Source: a virus (taxonomy: Duplodnaviria; Caudoviricetes). Taken from it: a stretch of DNA of 64,000 nt. Positions 44,274-52,813 of the stretch are shown here, piece by piece. Both the position numbers and the translations under genes were made by a program. The DNA lies in the IMG/VR virus record IMGVR_UViG_3300025410_000009. One strand, written 5' to 3'. The first letter of the stretch is position 1. Every line of letters starts with the position of its first letter. The notes below the pieces were generated by a model. That model was not told the origin of the DNA. It saw only the letters and a list, made by a program, of their open reading frames with translations, and did no database searches.

Positions 44274-45448
44274 CAGTATTTGGTTTCGCGTGTGTGACGA
44301 CGATAGTCAGTGCCCATACGCAACATGCTGTCACCTTGGCCCTGCAGGATATCAATGATACGATCTACAGTACCATTGTTGCGATCACTGATCCGACCCA
44401 TGTCAGGATGAGGCCATGCCAACAGTTGTTCCAGCTTGTTGAGCGCATCTTCTATGCTCCAAGGCACATAAAGTCTAGTATGGTCGTTGGCAAAAGTTTC
44501 AGGAAAACTACGATAAGCGGGATATAATACATTACATCCAAGAGCATCAGCTTCCGATACAGTATTCGATACCCAGTCTTGTAACGCACAATTAAACACC
44601 ACACGGCTATCGTTGACAATGTTATAGTAATCATTCTTCTCAAGATTCTCGTAGATCTTGAGTTGACCCTGTGCAACCAAGTCGCGTGTGCGTTGCATGT
44701 AGCTTTCGCTGTTGGACTTGAGCCAACCACCGCTACATACACAAAACTCTAGAATTGACCCTGGATGCCGAGCAAAGTATGCTTCAATCAAGTCCATGTA
44801 AAAGTCTGGTTGTTTCTCTTGATCCCAACGTGCGCTGAACACCACACGATGTTTACGATCTTCAAATGGTTTGATATTGGCCACACGACCTTGCACTTCT
44901 GCTTTGCCAAATGCCAGGCCTGAAATGTTGTAGATGGGAGCGGTCCAGCCAGCAACCTTCATGTGCATGACCATTTCTTCGTTGGTGGCTAGTACACCAT
45001 CTACGAACGAGTCAACCATCTTTTCATATGCCGACATCCATTTTGACATGCCCCATACATGAACAAAATCATCTGGATCAATGGATTGAGCAAGACAACG
45101 GACAAAAATCCTAGGACGGTGAAGAGAATCGATTTGATCCAAAATATAAGGCAAGCTCTCGATACCGGGCTGAAACATGTCTTCAAAGTAGACAACATCT
45201 TCATTGTTCAATTCTCCTGCTTTCATCATGCGAATCAAGTTCATGAGCTGGCTCATACCAAAGTAGGTACGACCATGTGCATCCAACACCTGTCCGGTAA
45301 CAATGGCTTGATCGTTACTGAGTGTGTCTCCGGGAACCACAACATAGTCGATACCACGGCGATCAAACACCGCAGTATTCCACTCTTGTAACTGCAGAGT
45401 GTATCTTGCCTTATAGGGCTCTAGGCCCATATAATACAATTTACGCAT
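44273..45448 (-). CDS. GT-B (GT4/alpha-glucosyltransferase-like) glycosyltransferase
   Basis: Start reassigned to MRKLYYMGLE. VVFSARWDQEKQ (R...EK) and DWVSNTVSEADALGC (GT4-type Ex7E region) indicate a retaining GT-B enzyme. Confidence 0.7.
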   Translation of the reverse strand: MRKLYYMGLEPYKARYTLQLQEWNTAVFDRRGIDYVVVPGDTLSNDQAIVTGQVLDAHGRTYFGMSQLMNLIRMMKAGELNNEDVVYFEDMFQPGIESLPYILDQIDSLHRPRIFVRCLAQSIDPDDFVHVWGMSKWMSAYEKMVDSFVDGVLATNEEMVMHMKVAGWTAPIYNISGLAFGKAEVQGRVANIKPFEDRKHRVVFSARWDQEKQPDFYMDLIEAYFARHPGSILEFCVCSGGWLKSNSESYMQRTRDLVAQGQLKIYENLEKNDYYNIVNDSRVVFNCALQDWVSNTVSEADALGCNVLYPAYRSFPETFANDHTRLYVPWSIEDALNKLEQLLAWPHPDMGRISDRNNGTVDRIIDILQGQGDSMLRMGTDYRRHTRETKY

Positions 45449-45671
45449 AGCGACCCTGCTTGATTGCCCAGCCCCAGTTGTCACGGGGCCACTTGCCACG
45501 CTTGGTACGCATGTAGTCACCATATGGGCTACGCTCATTGCCCAAGTCGCTCTCATCAAAGAAGTAACCTTGACGTACACAAAAATCGCGATACTCATCG
45601 AGGGTGTTGAAAATGTTTTCAACCTCGGGTTTCATACGCAAATACTTCTTAATCCATGCTGGCTGTGCCAT
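45441..45671 (-). CDS. Hypothetical protein
   Basis: 76-aa ORF with AAGGA RBS. Confidence 0.6.
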   Translation of the reverse strand: MAQPAWIKKYLRMKPEVENIFNTLDEYRDFCVRQGYFFDESDLGNERSPYGDYMRTKRGKWPRDNWGWAIKQGRYA

Positions 45672-45680
45672 ATTATTTCC

Positions 45681-46130
45681 TTAAACGCTAATAAGTTGAG
45701 GGAGGTGAGTTTCATATTCAATGAAGGCTCCGTTTTCACCATCTTCGGAAACTTCAATCCAGACCGAACGGCCAGGATATCGTGCAGCAATCTGTACATA
45801 CAGATCGTCTGAAATCATTTCACAAGATTTATAATCAAGTTTTAGTACTGCATCTTGGCTATTGTACAACGAAATCAACCAACGTTTGAATTGGATAAAT
45901 TCAATGTCACGATCGTTGTGCAACACGTCGATGGCCACTCTAAAGTGGAACATGTGACGATGTGGGCTGGCCAAAAAAGATACATCATATTCGTCGCCAG
46001 TGGCCAAATAGGGATCTGTGCCGGCTGCCGGGTAGCAGTGAATTCCTTCTTTTTCAAAGGTGACCCAAATTTTACGTCGGGCACGTTGTTTGATACGTTC
46101 GATTTGATCGCGTTCTTGATATGTGGTCAT
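45681..46130 (-). CDS. dpdL: QueD-paralog T-fold protein, DpdL-like (predicted CDG decarboxylase)
   Basis: SFLASPHRHMFHFRV matches the LxxxHRHxF signature I recall for DpdL. Also DRDIEFIQFKRWL and SCEMI. It lies inside the deazaguanine cluster. Confidence 0.65.
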   Translation of the reverse strand: MTTYQERDQIERIKQRARRKIWVTFEKEGIHCYPAAGTDPYLATGDEYDVSFLASPHRHMFHFRVAIDVLHNDRDIEFIQFKRWLISLYNSQDAVLKLDYKSCEMISDDLYVQIAARYPGRSVWIEVSEDGENGAFIEYETHLPQLISV

Positions 46131-46429
46131 GCTCGTAGTCTTTCCATGCTGATAATGTGTGTGAGTTGTTCGTCAAAGGTTTCACCATCGTGTAACACAT
46201 GCAGGTGCCGCACAATTTCGTCTTGCTTTCGATTGTAGTGATGCACATGTATCACACATCCGCCCTGTGCTGGAATCACTTCAAAGTTGATACCGTTGGG
46301 CAAACGTGCCGATTCTCGTTCGCTAGTGCTTGTAAGTTTAGCCGTGACATATTCTATCTTGTCTTTAGTTAGAGACTCTTCGTAATCCCAAGCCCAATGT
46401 AGCAATCTATGCAGGGTTCGTCTAATCAT
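46127..46429 (-). CDS. Hypothetical protein
   Basis: Start MIRRTLH, 1 nt after the upstream stop. Confidence 0.55.
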   Translation of the reverse strand: MIRRTLHRLLHWAWDYEESLTKDKIEYVTAKLTSTSERESARLPNGINFEVIPAQGGCVIHVHHYNRKQDEIVRHLHVLHDGETFDEQLTHIISMERLRA

Positions 46430-46430
46430 G

Positions 46431-46946
46431 TTAAACCTCATCTTTTGAGTATTCACGCCAAGCGGTGAAATTGTCTCGGTTGGTCAAAGAGTGTAGGCTA
46501 TGACACCATACACCAAAATTGGTAGCGGCAAAGTCTTTGTCGTCTAACTTAATTGTAGCATTAAAACCCAGCTGTTGTAAATAGGGCAATTTCACCGAAA
46601 TCATGGGAATAAAATTCATATGTTCGGTTAGGCCACCCTCTAACAAGCCCTCAACTGAAGCAACATCCAGATCCAAAGTGCAGGTATAGCCCAGATCGAG
46701 ACAGCTTCTAATCATGGTTTCCCATGGTCGCCACCCGTCAATGTCATTGATTGACAGTTGAGGGAAACTCATGTTGGCACCAAAATAGATGTGTTCAACT
46801 GGTTGACTGCCATTGGTCAGGGCAGCAGCAATGTCATCTAGTGATTGTACACCAACCACAAACAGGGTATACTGTCCGTATGCAGGTGTACGTTCAATTT
46901 CAGTGCCGTAGAAGAACTGTACATTTTCATGTCCTTGTCGGTTCAT
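46431..46946 (-). CDS. Hypothetical protein in the deazaguanine cluster
   Basis: 171-aa ORF (FFYGTEIERTPAYG..TLFVVG; HIYFGAN) immediately downstream of the TGT-like gene. Confidence 0.65.
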   Translation of the reverse strand: MNRQGHENVQFFYGTEIERTPAYGQYTLFVVGVQSLDDIAAALTNGSQPVEHIYFGANMSFPQLSINDIDGWRPWETMIRSCLDLGYTCTLDLDVASVEGLLEGGLTEHMNFIPMISVKLPYLQQLGFNATIKLDDKDFAATNFGVWCHSLHSLTNRDNFTAWREYSKDEV

Positions 46947-46947
46947 T

Positions 46948-48546
46948 TTAACTCTCCAAATCAGTTAATCGAGTTTCGTCTAGTGTGGGTTCAACATAGG
47001 GTTCTTCTGAGAACAGCATGCCAAACATGGTGTTGGAATTCTTGGCCTTTTTGCCTTTGAATCCACGAGTGCCCACAATCTCCATCCAGTAAGTGTCGTA
47101 CTTTTCAATGATGCTTTCGGCTGTGGCTCGATCGGGTGCAGCAAAAATGCTGTCGACAATGTCTTCAAAATAGGCATAGTCTCCAGTACTGCGTCGCATC
47201 ATGGCCGGATGTTCGCCGGCATCAAAGCGTCGATTGGCCTCCTGAACCGCAGTCAAGTGCATCCATACATTATGACCCATCAACAGCATGTAGCTGAAAC
47301 TGTCCCAGCTGGTTTTGCCCCATTTGCCGTTTTTGTTGAAATCAGGCAGTACTGCATAAAGATCAGGATCTTTAAAGTTTTCTTCTGTGATGGTGACTCC
47401 GGGCTTGGGTGTACCTGCTTTGTAGATACAGATATCACGCATGGTCAACATGTCACTGACTGGACTTTCTTGCCAGTTGTTGTAGATACCGTCAGCCACA
47501 ACACCAGTTGACCACTTGCGTGTGTCAGTGGCATATTTTTTATCATCAGCACTGGGAGCCATACGATAGCTCCATTTGCCATCCTGCGGGAAAACATTTT
47601 CGTAATAGACCTGTCCGTTGGCAGTGGCCAAGAATGGACTGGCACAGTCAAAACTGATTGTGAAATTGGGATTCACATACCGACGAACTGCACGTTGTAT
47701 CACAGTCAGCAACACAGCCCATTCCAGCTTGCTGGTGCCCAAGAAGTGCATCCAGTCGTGCACACCAGTTTGCAGTAGATTATCGTAGCGTAGGGCCACT
47801 AGGCGTTTCAACACAAGATGTACATCACACATGTTTTGACCACCCATGCCCCAGCCGTTGAAATGACGTCCTGGGTACTTTGCAGGATCACAGTAGTCCT
47901 TCATGGTCTGATACCAGTCTTCGGCTTCGTTGTGATTGGCACCCTGTAACACATTCAAGAATCGAGCACCACCATTTTCAATGCCGCGGCGATTGGCAAT
48001 AAAGTATTCGTTGTTGAATTTGGTCGCAGCCACAGCTTGACTGTGTGTGGTGATTTGGCATTTACTACTGGCAAAAGGATCCTTGACCACCCATGTGGGA
48101 ATATCCAGTGTCATTCCGTAATCGGCAATGCCATCTAACCATTTGAGCACAGCCTCACGTTTGGCCTGTGCACGTGGGCAACCGGAGTTGGCTTTCCAGT
48201 CACCTTCCCACAAGCCTTTGGCAATTTGGAATCCGCCCGAGTCACCCAGCACAGTGGTACCAGGTTCACGATTGCGAACCATGTCTTCGCTCCAGTCCTG
48301 TCGAGTAAGATCAAGATTGGCATGTCCACCTGAGTATAGACTCCAACGATACGGGAACAGGGCTTTCTGACTATTGAGCCAGTTCATTTGCTCCATGTCA
48401 ACAAATCCCTGTGGGAATCGTGCAGGATCCACATACGGTTCATTGCGTTGACGACCCACAAACGTGGCATAAAAACCGCTAATGGCCGGTAAGAATACAG
48501 CGTAGTCGTTTTGTTTAGCGGTTAAGTTATCCTGTTGTTGTTCCAT
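46948..48546 (-). CDS. dpdA: tRNA-guanine transglycosylase-fold protein, likely a DNA deazaguanine transglycosylase (DpdA-like)
   Basis: LGDSGGFQI, TLDIP, NVLQG, GWGMGG, HFLGT, nucleophile-bearing SFDCASP and C-terminal GHN. Context: folE/queD/queE. Confidence 0.78.
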   Translation of the reverse strand: MEQQQDNLTAKQNDYAVFLPAISGFYATFVGRQRNEPYVDPARFPQGFVDMEQMNWLNSQKALFPYRWSLYSGGHANLDLTRQDWSEDMVRNREPGTTVLGDSGGFQIAKGLWEGDWKANSGCPRAQAKREAVLKWLDGIADYGMTLDIPTWVVKDPFASSKCQITTHSQAVAATKFNNEYFIANRRGIENGGARFLNVLQGANHNEAEDWYQTMKDYCDPAKYPGRHFNGWGMGGQNMCDVHLVLKRLVALRYDNLLQTGVHDWMHFLGTSKLEWAVLLTVIQRAVRRYVNPNFTISFDCASPFLATANGQVYYENVFPQDGKWSYRMAPSADDKKYATDTRKWSTGVVADGIYNNWQESPVSDMLTMRDICIYKAGTPKPGVTITEENFKDPDLYAVLPDFNKNGKWGKTSWDSFSYMLLMGHNVWMHLTAVQEANRRFDAGEHPAMMRRSTGDYAYFEDIVDSIFAAPDRATAESIIEKYDTYWMEIVGTRGFKGKKAKNSNTMFGMLFSEEPYVEPTLDETRLTDLES

Positions 48547-48895
48547 GGTCTTTGGCTAATGTTATAAGTGTTTGTAAGGCCTGCTTGGCATGTTCGACTT
48601 CGTTTACGGCAGCCATCAAGTGCGGATGTTTTTCAATGATGCTGGCTAGTTCTTTTTCTTCCTGCATTTTTTGCTCGGCCCACTTGAGTATACTGATGGC
48701 GCGACCATCTAACTTGATGTTAGCTGTGCCACCACCAATGTTTGTCCAATTGTTACCATCAAACAATTTCAAGGATTGAGTAGTACAATCAAATGCCACC
48801 ATACCAGTAATTGGCTGGTATGTGTTGACAGTGGGGTAATAACCCTTGTTACTGGTAACGTCTAGAAACTCGCCGCCGGATACGTAGTCAATCAT
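48527..48895 (-). CDS. Hypothetical protein
   Basis: Start MIDYV with an ATGA overlap on the clamp stop. Confidence 0.6.
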   Translation of the reverse strand: MIDYVSGGEFLDVTSNKGYYPTVNTYQPITGMVAFDCTTQSLKLFDGNNWTNIGGGTANIKLDGRAISILKWAEQKMQEEKELASIIEKHPHLMAAVNEVEHAKQALQTLITLAKDHGTTTG

Positions 48896-49629
48896 TTGGT
48901 CTGTGCTGGGATAGTGTAATTCCAAACTGCGATGCCTGAGTCTACTGTGATCTGTGCAGCACCTTCGTCACTGATACGCAACATTTTGTCACCAGGCAAG
49001 TTTAAAATACTGATTACAACATTGATAGGCCAAGACCAAGAACGATTCAATGTGCCGCTAACTCCAGTAGCAAACACAAAGTTACCGGCATGGCTACTAT
49101 GATCACCAAAGTAAAACACCAAGTCGCCTTTATCGGTCTTGGCTGTAAATGTTTCTTGATCGCTGTTGGCGCTGGCTTGAAACTTCAAGCGTTGGATACT
49201 GAGTACGCTGGGCTCAATTTCCACGCCCCATTTGACGCCTTTGAATCTAGTGCTCTTGACCTTTTCATTAATGATGGCCTCGCTCATGAAGCGATAATCA
49301 TTTTTAAAGTCACCGGTCTTGTTTTCAAAGTGAATGCCGTTGGGCACAGTGGTGTCGGGCTCTTTACCTGGCTGTGTGGTAATGGTCAACTGAGCATCTT
49401 CGCGGTACTCGTTGATGTTCAAAATGGTATTCAGCTTGGCCAGGTTTGGCATACCAAACGTGCCAATAAATTCAGGCACTACACCTGCAAACTTTGCATC
49501 AACAACAACCGATTTGTTTTCGGCAATGGCTGCAATTTCTGTGCTGTTTTCAGTGCCAATAACCTTGGCCAAATCAATCACACCCAATCCGTGTGTGTGC
49601 TGTACGATGTCTAAAAGTTGGTCTTTCAT
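48892..49629 (-). CDS. DNA polymerase sliding clamp (T4 gp45-like), putative
   Basis: 245-aa beta-rich two-domain pattern (FGMPNLAKL..IL; MLRISDEGAAQITVDSG...YTIPA). Directly downstream of PolB, with AGGAG RBS. Confidence 0.6.
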   Translation of the reverse strand: MKDQLLDIVQHTHGLGVIDLAKVIGTENSTEIAAIAENKSVVVDAKFAGVVPEFIGTFGMPNLAKLNTILNINEYREDAQLTITTQPGKEPDTTVPNGIHFENKTGDFKNDYRFMSEAIINEKVKSTRFKGVKWGVEIEPSVLSIQRLKFQASANSDQETFTAKTDKGDLVFYFGDHSSHAGNFVFATGVSGTLNRSWSWPINVVISILNLPGDKMLRISDEGAAQITVDSGIAVWNYTIPAQTK

Positions 49630-49649
49630 AAGTTCTCCTGTGTTGATGT

Positions 49650-49679
49650 ATTGTACATGATTGTATTTAGAGAATACAA
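49650..49679 (-). promoter_or_regulatory. Clamp promoter TTGTAT-N18-TACAAT with nested TAAATA (49664-49669)
   Basis: Read directly. Weaker match than the other promoters. Confidence 0.45.
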
Positions 49680-49693
49680 CCGTTATGGTAAAA

Positions 49694-52381
49694 TTAATCC
49701 CATGTAAACAAGCTGTCAAAAGTGGTCTTGATTTCGGTATGGTTGGGAATGTCCCAGTCCAGCACACCCAGCAAGTTTTCTACCTTTTGATCCACAATGC
49801 CAGCTTCCATTTTGTTGTCGTCAAACGGCAATTCTTTGAACCATTGCGGGATGTGACTTTCGTCAGTGGGATAACCCACACTGGTATAACCCATGGGGTT
49901 GTCTCGCAACTTGCACACAATGGTCTTCATGCCATCCACAATGGCCATGCTGTAGTTGTCACCGTGCATGCGACGCAGATTGTTCCAGTTCAGTGCAGCT
50001 CGCACATGTCCGGGCATGTTGGCTTTGCCTGATTTGGCTTCCAGTGCACCGTATTTGGTCAAGTTGTTGACACGTTTGGGTGTGCCCTTCTCCCATGCTG
50101 GGCGATCCTGGAACAGCAATTTAAAGTCGCGAACCTTGTCGTAGATGTGCTCTTTTTCAGCGCCGGTCAAGACATCTAGCAAGATCTCACTTAAAAAGTC
50201 TTGTACCACCTTGGGTGTGTCTGATCGCTTCAAGTCCAAGCCCATGGCCTTGAGTTTGCCTGGCTTGCCGTCTACATCTAGTCGTTTGCCTTCAAGGTCA
50301 TAAATCAAGGCTGCGTAGCGTTTTTTCTTAATAAAAAGACCTTTTGATGCCACCAGTTCTCGACCACCCTTGATCAGGGCACCCATGTCTCTGGGAGCAT
50401 GAAATGCACGTTCCATGAATGCCGGGAAGCTGTTGTTGACCTGTTCGGCAATGTTGTCGTAAAGTTCAACACAGATTTCTCGATTCCATTCCATCTGTCC
50501 GCTTTCAACTTCGTCGCGAATGGCCGGCCATGCACTAAAATACACCGAGTCTGTGTCACCGTAAATGATGGCATCACCCACGTGATTGTACTCGCCAGTG
50601 ACACATTCGTTTACAAATGCATCCATGTGTCTAGCAATCACACGACCAGTCAGTGTGGTACTCTGTCCAATGCGCTTGTCAAAGAATCTGCAATGCGGAT
50701 TAAGAATAGCACCATACAAACTGTTCAAGTTAATCTTTTTAACCAGTTGTCGTTTGTCCCAAAATGCAATTTCTTCGGGTGTGGTTGCTGCTTTCTTTTT
50801 GGCCTGCATTTCCTTACGTTCAGCATACCAGCGTTCCAGCAAGCCGGGCACAATGCCCTTTTGATCGTATTTGAAAATGGTACCGTTGGCACTCAGGATC
50901 CAGGGTTGATTGCTGTTAAACACCATGTTCCAAACATCAGCGGCACTGACCACATTACTGCTGCCATCCTCCCAGTCTATGGTAATCTCGGTACCGATTT
51001 CGCCATTCATGACTGCGGTATACTCCAAGCTGCCAAATGTATCTTCCCATGCATCAGTAAACGAACTGCCTTTCACAGTCTTGCCGTTTACCACTTGATC
51101 AGCCATGCGAGCGGCCAGGTAGTGATCAGTCAGTGTGGGTCGCAATTGGCCAACGATGGTTTCACAGGCCATGTTAAGGGCGCGAATAGCCGAGGGATAG
51201 AGCGAGTTGATGTCAATGGCTCCGATGTATTCGTGGATGCCTTTTTTGGGATAAGCAACATAGGCACCTGCTGCTTGCGAGTCTTCACGGTCATCTTTTC
51301 TACTCCTGTTTTGAACAATTAAACCTTGTTGATGTGCTTCGTTAATGATGGCCTGTTCGGTAACAGCCACAGCGCCCATTGTGGTGGGCAATAGCACAGT
51401 ATTGTCGTGCGCCAATTCGTTGGCTAGATCCAAGAAGCGTAACTTCTTGTCAAATTTGGCCAACAGCATGGTGTCTTGTCGGTTATAGTCAATAAATGTA
51501 GGAAAGTCCTTGTTGTACAGTTGATCTAGAGTACCTTCATATTGAGTCTTGCGCTCGCCTAATTCGTATTCGGCAATGGCATCCAAACTGTAACTATGAC
51601 GTTCTTCATAGGTGTATTTGCGATACAGTTGCATGTAGTCTAGGTGCACACGACCCAACAAGTCGAACGTGATGTTTTCAGCACCAAAGCGTTCAAATGT
51701 GCGTTGTTTGGGCAGTTGGTTCCACAAACACAATCTACGTGTATCATCACGGCTCAATACTTTGGTGATACGCATGACTGTGTAAGGAATATCGAAGCCT
51801 TCACTGTTCCAACCACTAAGGATATCGGCGTCATCGATCAGGTTCAAAAACGTGTCCAGTAGATCTTCTTCGCGATCAAACAGGAAACAGTTGTCGTATC
51901 TATCGGCAATTTCCTGTGCAGTCTCCCAAGAATAACTGCGTGGCGGAACCACTAGTGTGACCAACTTGTCCAACCAGTCTAGATATACTGTAATGGCAGT
52001 GATGGCATTGAAGGGATCTTCGGGCTTGCTGTATCCACGCACCGGATCAAAGTCAACTTCAATGTCGAAAAATGCCGTTTGCAGTCGCGGTGAATTGGCG
52101 CCTAGATAATTTTCTTCCAGGCAACGGAATACCGGATTGATGTCGCTTTCCCAGAGTCTGCGATCGCCATGGTTTCTAAGTTCTTTTTGAAACTCTTTGC
52201 CGTTGCGTGTGCTGAATCTGCCTACAGTGGTTCCGTAGATGGTACGGAACTTGCCACGTGGATCATCGTAATAGAACACATAGTTAGCTGGGTATTCTCG
52301 ATATACCCTTTGACCATCAACTCGCTCCACAATGTGAATACGATCTTTGGCCTTGTCAAAAAGAGCGTCTACATAACTCAT
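49694..52381 (-). CDS. polB: Family B DNA polymerase (T4 gp43-like)
   Basis: ExoI FDIEV, ExoII GWNSEGFDIPY, ExoIII YNRQD, motif A DINSLYPS, motif B KINLNSLYG and motif C YGDTDS. Confidence 0.97.
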   Translation of the reverse strand: MSYVDALFDKAKDRIHIVERVDGQRVYREYPANYVFYYDDPRGKFRTIYGTTVGRFSTRNGKEFQKELRNHGDRRLWESDINPVFRCLEENYLGANSPRLQTAFFDIEVDFDPVRGYSKPEDPFNAITAITVYLDWLDKLVTLVVPPRSYSWETAQEIADRYDNCFLFDREEDLLDTFLNLIDDADILSGWNSEGFDIPYTVMRITKVLSRDDTRRLCLWNQLPKQRTFERFGAENITFDLLGRVHLDYMQLYRKYTYEERHSYSLDAIAEYELGERKTQYEGTLDQLYNKDFPTFIDYNRQDTMLLAKFDKKLRFLDLANELAHDNTVLLPTTMGAVAVTEQAIINEAHQQGLIVQNRSRKDDREDSQAAGAYVAYPKKGIHEYIGAIDINSLYPSAIRALNMACETIVGQLRPTLTDHYLAARMADQVVNGKTVKGSSFTDAWEDTFGSLEYTAVMNGEIGTEITIDWEDGSSNVVSAADVWNMVFNSNQPWILSANGTIFKYDQKGIVPGLLERWYAERKEMQAKKKAATTPEEIAFWDKRQLVKKINLNSLYGAILNPHCRFFDKRIGQSTTLTGRVIARHMDAFVNECVTGEYNHVGDAIIYGDTDSVYFSAWPAIRDEVESGQMEWNREICVELYDNIAEQVNNSFPAFMERAFHAPRDMGALIKGGRELVASKGLFIKKKRYAALIYDLEGKRLDVDGKPGKLKAMGLDLKRSDTPKVVQDFLSEILLDVLTGAEKEHIYDKVRDFKLLFQDRPAWEKGTPKRVNNLTKYGALEAKSGKANMPGHVRAALNWNNLRRMHGDNYSMAIVDGMKTIVCKLRDNPMGYTSVGYPTDESHIPQWFKELPFDDNKMEAGIVDQKVENLLGVLDWDIPNHTEIKTTFDSLFTWD

Positions 52382-52641
52382 TAGAGAGTCTTGCCCACAG
52401 TTTCCAAAATAGTGTTGAGATCTTCGTGATCACGATTGGTTTCGCCCAAGCTGGCTTTGTGTGCAATTCTAATGGCTTTCTTGAGAATAGCGGGCTTGAT
52501 TTCTAGTTCTTCTGCCACAGCCTTGATGGTGTCATTCAAGCCAGCATTAAGATCTTCAATTTCTAGCATGGTACGCATGCCTTCATTGACAATTTGAGTT
52601 AATTTTGCACGTTGCTCGCCGCTAAACATTTTTGCAGTCAT
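52381..52641 (-). CDS. Small dsDNA-binding protein (T4 DsbA/GapR-like)
   Basis: Helical 86-aa protein (IEDLNAGLNDTIKAVAEELEIKPAILKKAIRIAHK) immediately upstream of PolB. Confidence 0.6.
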   Translation of the reverse strand: MTAKMFSGEQRAKLTQIVNEGMRTMLEIEDLNAGLNDTIKAVAEELEIKPAILKKAIRIAHKASLGETNRDHEDLNTILETVGKTL

Positions 52642-52665
52642 AGAAAAGTCTCCAGTAAAAATACT

Positions 52666-52694
52666 AGTATACGCGAATAAGATTGTGATAGCAA
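52666..52694 (-). promoter_or_regulatory. sigma70-type promoter TTGCTA-N17-TATACT for the DsbA-like-polB operon
   Basis: Hexamers and 17-nt spacer read directly, followed by a GGAG RBS. Confidence 0.65.
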
Positions 52695-52722
52695 GTGTAA
52701 TTTTTGCCGTTTTGTGATAAAA

Positions 52723-52812
52723 TGCTCACTTTGGGATTCCCGGTAGCGAATCGGGCCGTCCCGGGCAGCAGCCGCCCCACACCACGGTAACGAGTACCGG
52801 TCCTAAGGCGTG
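52723..52812 (-). ncRNA. Candidate structured non-coding RNA
   Basis: GC-rich island in an AT-rich intergenic region. Three hairpins: CGGTA/TACCG, GGGCGG/CTGCCC and GATTC/GAATC. Strand not proven. Confidence 0.4.
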
Positions 52813-52813
52813 T

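Noticed and set aside
37123-48546. Complete queuosine/preQ1 tRNA pathway
   Set aside because: No queC or queA was recognised in the window, QueF lacks its catalytic Cys, and the TGT is atypical. DNA modification fits better, although queC could lie outside the window.
50399-51322. 307-aa + strand ORF
   Set aside because: Antisense shadow of polB with no recognisable motifs. The same applies to other long opposite-strand ORFs such as 57676..58170, 41447..42094 and 18439..18999.
49694-52381. Intein or intron in PolB, thyA or other core genes
   Set aside because: Lengths and motif spacing are normal, and no splicing-junction or LAGLIDADG signatures were seen.
52723-52812. tRNA, or twister/HDV-like ribozyme assignment
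   Set aside because: There is no cloverleaf or TTC loop. A GGTCCTAAG segment resembles twister loop 4, but I could not find its required partners. It is kept only as an unassigned structured-RNA candidate.
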